A DNA stretch of 64,000 nt from Deferribacterales bacterium (GTDB lineage: Bacteria; Chrysiogenota; Deferribacteres; Deferribacterales; Geovibrionaceae). This document shows, piece after piece, positions 60,118 through 64,000 of the stretch (positions are counted from its first letter, which is position 1; every line of letters starts with the position of its first letter). The position numbers were made by a program, and so were the translations under genes. Where the stretch lies: assembly GCA_050251875.1 (NCBI GenBank), contig JBFWMA010000001.1, positions 115,230 through 179,229 of the forward strand, in the 5' to 3' direction. Under the pieces are notes generated by a model. It was not told the origin of the DNA. It worked only from the letters and a program-made list of their open reading frames with translations, and made no database searches.

Positions 60118-62331
60118 ATGGCTGAAATAATTATAAATAAACAATCCTACTCTTTTACAGAGGGAGAAAGCATACTGGATGTAGCGACCAGAAACGGTAT
60201 CAAGATACCCACTCTGTGCTACCTGAAAGACATCACCCCCACCGGCGCGTGCAGACTCTGCCTTGTAGAGGTTGACGGCGCTGACAGACTTCAGGCCGCC
60301 TGCGTCACATATGCGAAAGACGGCATGACTATCGACACAGAGAATGAAAAAGTCTGGGAAAACAGAAAACGCATGCTGGACTTCATCCTCATCAAACACC
60401 CCCTGGACTGCCCCGTCTGCGACAAAGCGGGCGAATGTGAGCTCCAGAACACAGCATACGAATTCGGTATGATGGACGAGATAGTCGTATCTGACAAACC
60501 GAAAGACCCGGTCGTTAAATGGAACAAAATAGTATATAACCAGAACCTCTGCGTTCTCTGCGAAAAGTGTATGAAATCCTGCCACGAGATGACAGGATGC
60601 TCAGCCCTTACAATGGAGGACAGAGGATTCTTTAACCACGTTGTACCCTCAAAAGGCGACACTCTTCAGTGCGACTTCTGCGGTACATGTATCGACAGAT
60701 GTCCCGTGGGCGCTCTTCTGGACGCTCAGTTTCATCACGCAGCCCGTGTATGGGATCTGGAAAATGTCGTTACCTCTTCCGTCTTCTCTCCCTGCGGCGA
60801 GCAGGTTGAATACGGCGTGAAAGACGGCGGCATCCTCAGAGCCACTGCGGTGGGCAACGGTCAGATATCAGCTCAGGACAGATTCGCTTTCAAATATCTG
60901 GACTCAGCCGACAGAGCCCTGAACCCCATGGTGAACGGAAACGAAACCAACTGGGACGAGGCGACTGCCTATCTGAAAGGTAAAATAGCAGGACTCAGAG
61001 GCGATGAGGTGGCTCTTGTAACATCTGCCACACTCACCAACGAGGCTTACGCCGCATATAAAAGACTTATGCAGTCCATCGGCTCCAAAAACTATGTGAG
61101 CTGCACAGATTTCCGCATGGGCGATTTCTATGACAAATACGCCGCCAAGTTCGACACTATGGAGAACATCGGCACACTGAACGATGTATGCGACAGCGAC
61201 ATGATATTCGTTATCGGCGCTGATTTCCGCAGAGAAGCAGTGGGCGTGAAACACAAAGTCATGAACGCTGTCATCCACAATGACGCGAAAGTTTTCGTGG
61301 CAGGCGTCAGATCATACGAATATGAAACTTTCATCACAAAATCATACATGGCTGACTACGGCGATTTCGCCACAGCTCTGGAAGAGATGAAAAAAGACGC
61401 TCCCGCTCCGAAAGCATCTGACAACCCCAATGTTATCGAAGTGTCTAACGACGCTCTGAAATACATCCCCGCTCAGCTGAAAGACGCTAAAAAAGTTTCC
61501 GTTATCATAGGCGCTGAATATCTTCAGTCAGGCACACCCGCCGAAGCTGTTCTGTCATTCTGCGACTTTATCGGTCAGGAAAAACTGAAATCAGTTATAG
61601 TTCTGAACGATCAGGTAAACTACATGGGTACAATCCTTTCAGGATTCGTTCGCAACGGATACACAGCTCAGAAGCTGATGGAAGATCTGAACGGCGGCAA
61701 GATAAAACTTCTTATCAATGCCGGATTCAACGCTCCCACAACATGCGAGCCCGCTATCGCTATGCAGGAGGCTTTCAAAAAAGCAGGAACATACATCGCT
61801 GTGGACCTGTTCAAGAAACCCGCCACAGTTATGCTGGGTGTTAAAGACAGCCTGGAAACAGTGGGCACATTCACAACACTGGACGGCAGACTTGTCCCCG
61901 TCAATCGTGTGGCAGCCGCGAAAGGCACACAGAAGACACACGTTCAGACAGCCGCTTATCTGGGTGAGATCATGGGCGCTCCCGTTTGCGAGTGCGCTTA
62001 TGAGACATTCAAAAAAGACGTGGCTCCCGTTTACGGCGCTCAGGACATGGATATGTCTGAAGTGGACGGACGCATAGCAAAAGTGAAAACCAACAAATTC
62101 GACAAAACAGAATACACCTATAAGAAAGCTGATGAGAAGGTATGCACTCTGGCGCTTAACCCCAGATATCACACCAACATCATCACCGCAAAATCATATC
62201 TCCCCGCCACTGAAGAGCACAGGGAATATCACTTCCCCATGGTGTCTGAGGAACTGGCAGGAGAAGGCACAGGAAAAGAAGCTACAGCGGGAATCGCTAA
62301 AGGCGTTATCCTGACAACTAAAAAGTTCTGA
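60118..62331 (+). CDS. SfrA-like / NuoG-like Fe-S subunit
   Basis: IPTLC...GACRLC, HPLDCPVCDKAGECELQ, two 4Fe-4S motifs, degenerate molybdopterin-type fold. Confidence 0.82.
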   Translation: MAEIIINKQSYSFTEGESILDVATRNGIKIPTLCYLKDITPTGACRLCLVEVDGADRLQAACVTYAKDGMTIDTENEKVWENRKRMLDFILIKHPLDCPVCDKAGECELQNTAYEFGMMDEIVVSDKPKDPVVKWNKIVYNQNLCVLCEKCMKSCHEMTGCSALTMEDRGFFNHVVPSKGDTLQCDFCGTCIDRCPVGALLDAQFHHAARVWDLENVVTSSVFSPCGEQVEYGVKDGGILRATAVGNGQISAQDRFAFKYLDSADRALNPMVNGNETNWDEATAYLKGKIAGLRGDEVALVTSATLTNEAYAAYKRLMQSIGSKNYVSCTDFRMGDFYDKYAAKFDTMENIGTLNDVCDSDMIFVIGADFRREAVGVKHKVMNAVIHNDAKVFVAGVRSYEYETFITKSYMADYGDFATALEEMKKDAPAPKASDNPNVIEVSNDALKYIPAQLKDAKKVSVIIGAEYLQSGTPAEAVLSFCDFIGQEKLKSVIVLNDQVNYMGTILSGFVRNGYTAQKLMEDLNGGKIKLLINAGFNAPTTCEPAIAMQEAFKKAGTYIAVDLFKKPATVMLGVKDSLETVGTFTTLDGRLVPVNRVAAAKGTQKTHVQTAAYLGEIMGAPVCECAYETFKKDVAPVYGAQDMDMSEVDGRIAKVKTNKFDKTEYTYKKADEKVCTLALNPRYHTNIITAKSYLPATEEHREYHFPMVSEELAGEGTGKEATAGIAKGVILTTKKF

Positions 62332-62339
62332 TGTATTTT

Positions 62340-62412
62340 CCCCTCTTTCGTAAAGAGGGGCAGGGGAGATTTCTTTAAGAAATCCCTCCAAACCTCCCTT
62401 TGAGAAGGGAGG
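62340..62412. repeat. Family 2 REP-like element
   Basis: Closely similar to 27077-27147. Confidence 0.85.
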
Positions 62413-62426
62413 CTTAGCAAGAATTA

Positions 62427-62456
62427 AAAGCCGGTTTCCAAACCGGCTTTTTTTTT
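62427..62456 (+). terminator. Terminator after the SfrAB-like pair
   Basis: AAAAGCCGGTTT-CC-AAACCGGCTTTTTTTT. Confidence 0.8.
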
Positions 62457-62483
62457 GTATAATGTATTCATGGTGAAGAAAGC

Positions 62484-63413
62484 ATGAATAAATCATTAAG
62501 CGTGTTGGCTCTGCTGCTTGCGGCATTTATTATTTTTCTGATTGTCGATTCACAGCTCAAAGAACCTATCATTATCAATAAACTCATAAAAACCATATAT
62601 CCAGACTGGAACCCCCAGAGAAAGAAGGGTGAGGCGGATAAAACTCAGCCGGCGGATATTGTCGCTGAAAACACCGCTCCGCAGGCGCCTGTGGATGTGG
62701 CTCCGGCTGAGATTCCTGTGACCGGAGGCAGAACGCCTCTGATGGACGCCGTGCTGAAGGCGAAGGATGATGATATCAGGAAGCTGGTTTTCTCCGGCGA
62801 GGATATAAACAAACAGGACGGCATGGGCAACACCGCCGTCAATCTTGCCGTTTTTCTGGGGCGGGAGGACGCTGTGAACACTCTGCTGGTAAACGGCGCT
62901 AACCCGAACATACCCGATTCAGACGGCATGACCCCCACCGCCAAAGCGTCCAGGATGAAACAGTATAAGATAGCTAAAATGCTTCTGGAAAGAGGCGCAA
63001 ACCCTAATCTGAAAAACAACGAAGGACAGACTCCGCTGATGCTGGCGGCTAAATATGGATATGAGGATGTCACCGATCTGCTGATAAAATACAGCGCCAA
63101 GGTGAATGAAAAGGATAATCTGGGACGGACAGCTCTGATAGAGGCGGCTTCCAACGGATATACCCGTGTGGTTGTGGCGCTTCTGAGCATGGGAGCGGAT
63201 AAGAATGTCCGTGATAATCAGGGGCAGACAGCGCAGGACTATGCTTTTCGTTTCGGACATGAGGACATCGCCGTCCTGCTTCAGGATGACGCCGCCTCAA
63301 CTGGAACAGTGGTGGGCGAGCCTGTGGAGCCTCAGCAGAATGTGACCCCGAACGGAGCGGTTATCCCTCCGGCGCCCCAACCCGACAGACCTCCCGTCAG
63401 CAACCTTCAGTAG
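62484..63413 (+). CDS. Membrane-anchored ankyrin repeat protein
   Basis: N-terminal TM; about six G.TPL..A ankyrin units. Confidence 0.9.
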   Translation: MNKSLSVLALLLAAFIIFLIVDSQLKEPIIINKLIKTIYPDWNPQRKKGEADKTQPADIVAENTAPQAPVDVAPAEIPVTGGRTPLMDAVLKAKDDDIRKLVFSGEDINKQDGMGNTAVNLAVFLGREDAVNTLLVNGANPNIPDSDGMTPTAKASRMKQYKIAKMLLERGANPNLKNNEGQTPLMLAAKYGYEDVTDLLIKYSAKVNEKDNLGRTALIEAASNGYTRVVVALLSMGADKNVRDNQGQTAQDYAFRFGHEDIAVLLQDDAASTGTVVGEPVEPQQNVTPNGAVIPPAPQPDRPPVSNLQ

Positions 63414-63895
63414 ACCTGACGTACCACCAGATAAACAGCGGTGAGTCCGGCGGATATTTTTGCGAATGTTCCGAAAAATCTTCCGAAAAGAACTCCCTTC
63501 GCCTTGTCCTGAGCTCTGGCGAATGATGTGCCTCTGGCTGTCTCATATATCAGCGGAGCCAGATAAGCTCCGGCGAAAGTTCCTATGAGAGCGCCCAGAC
63601 CGAAGAACATGGGAGACATCAGCACACCCAGAACAAAAGCCCCGAACACAGACACCCAGAAGGTTTTGTTGTCCACTCCGAACCGCCTGCCGATGGCGTA
63701 CGCCGCATAAAATTCTATCGCCTCTCCCAGAACTATCAGCAGAATCACCCAGATGAGCGGTTTCAGCGCCAGATAGCCCAGAAAATACATGATGACGGGG
63801 AACAGAGCGGAGATGATGCCTCCGGGAAGACCGACAACATTCAGCAGAACGGAAACAGACTGTAGAATGATGAGTAAAATTTTGATAAAATCCAT
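63407..63895 (-). CDS. DUF456-family membrane protein
   Basis: LPG, GALIGTFAGA, Gly-rich TM helices. Confidence 0.75.
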   Translation of the reverse strand: MDFIKILLIILQSVSVLLNVVGLPGGIISALFPVIMYFLGYLALKPLIWVILLIVLGEAIEFYAAYAIGRRFGVDNKTFWVSVFGAFVLGVLMSPMFFGLGALIGTFAGAYLAPLIYETARGTSFARAQDKAKGVLFGRFFGTFAKISAGLTAVYLVVRQVY

Positions 63896-63932
63896 ACGCT
63901 ATCTTACATAAAAAAAGCGGACTAATAAAGGA

Positions 63933-64000
63933 ATGACTGTGCTTGACAAAGGTTTTTTTCACACAGACGCCTGCGGGCTGGCTGTGGCGCTTATCGGAAA
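63933..64000 (+). CDS. 5' end of a probable DNA-3-methyladenine glycosylase (Mpg); partial
   Basis: MTVLDKGFFHTDACGLAVALIG matches the 'L...FF..d...vA..LlG' N-terminus. Confidence 0.55.
   Translation, partial: MTVLDKGFFHTDACGLAVALIG

Overview
64 kb of mostly core chromosome from a Gram-negative anaerobe. Gene content (napM-A-D-G-H, SfrAB-like pair, PglB-like protein, selU, Na+-type PPase) suggests Deferribacterota or a similar lineage; this is inference only. It holds long housekeeping runs (selU-rlpA-rph-rdgB-PBP-aroKB-aroQ-pepQ-efp-accBC-ispE-prs-pth; hppA; ychF-moaC-nadE-guaBA-lolE), an initiator tRNA, a redox block (Isf/HxlR, Tat-exported superoxide reductase, NapB-less nitrate reductase operon, Crp/Fnr regulator), dnaX, LPS genes and an SfrAB-like oxidoreductase. 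I saw no prophage, IS, integrase or CRISPR array. The most notable observations are: (1) a compact PglB/STT3-like oligosaccharyltransferase with its catalytic residues apparently kept but WWDYG changed to GWNHG; (2) an A10 run in dnaX with stops right after it in both shifted frames, resembling Thermus-type tau/gamma slippage; (3) a Crp/Fnr regulator facing a small Cys-rich protein whose promoter has an FNR-type box near -41.5; (4) an unannotated 26-aa hydrophobic ORF upstream of nap; (5) four families of REP-like palindromic repeats, one forming 40-bp inverted repeats around guaB. All calls come from reading motifs by eye; no database search was run.
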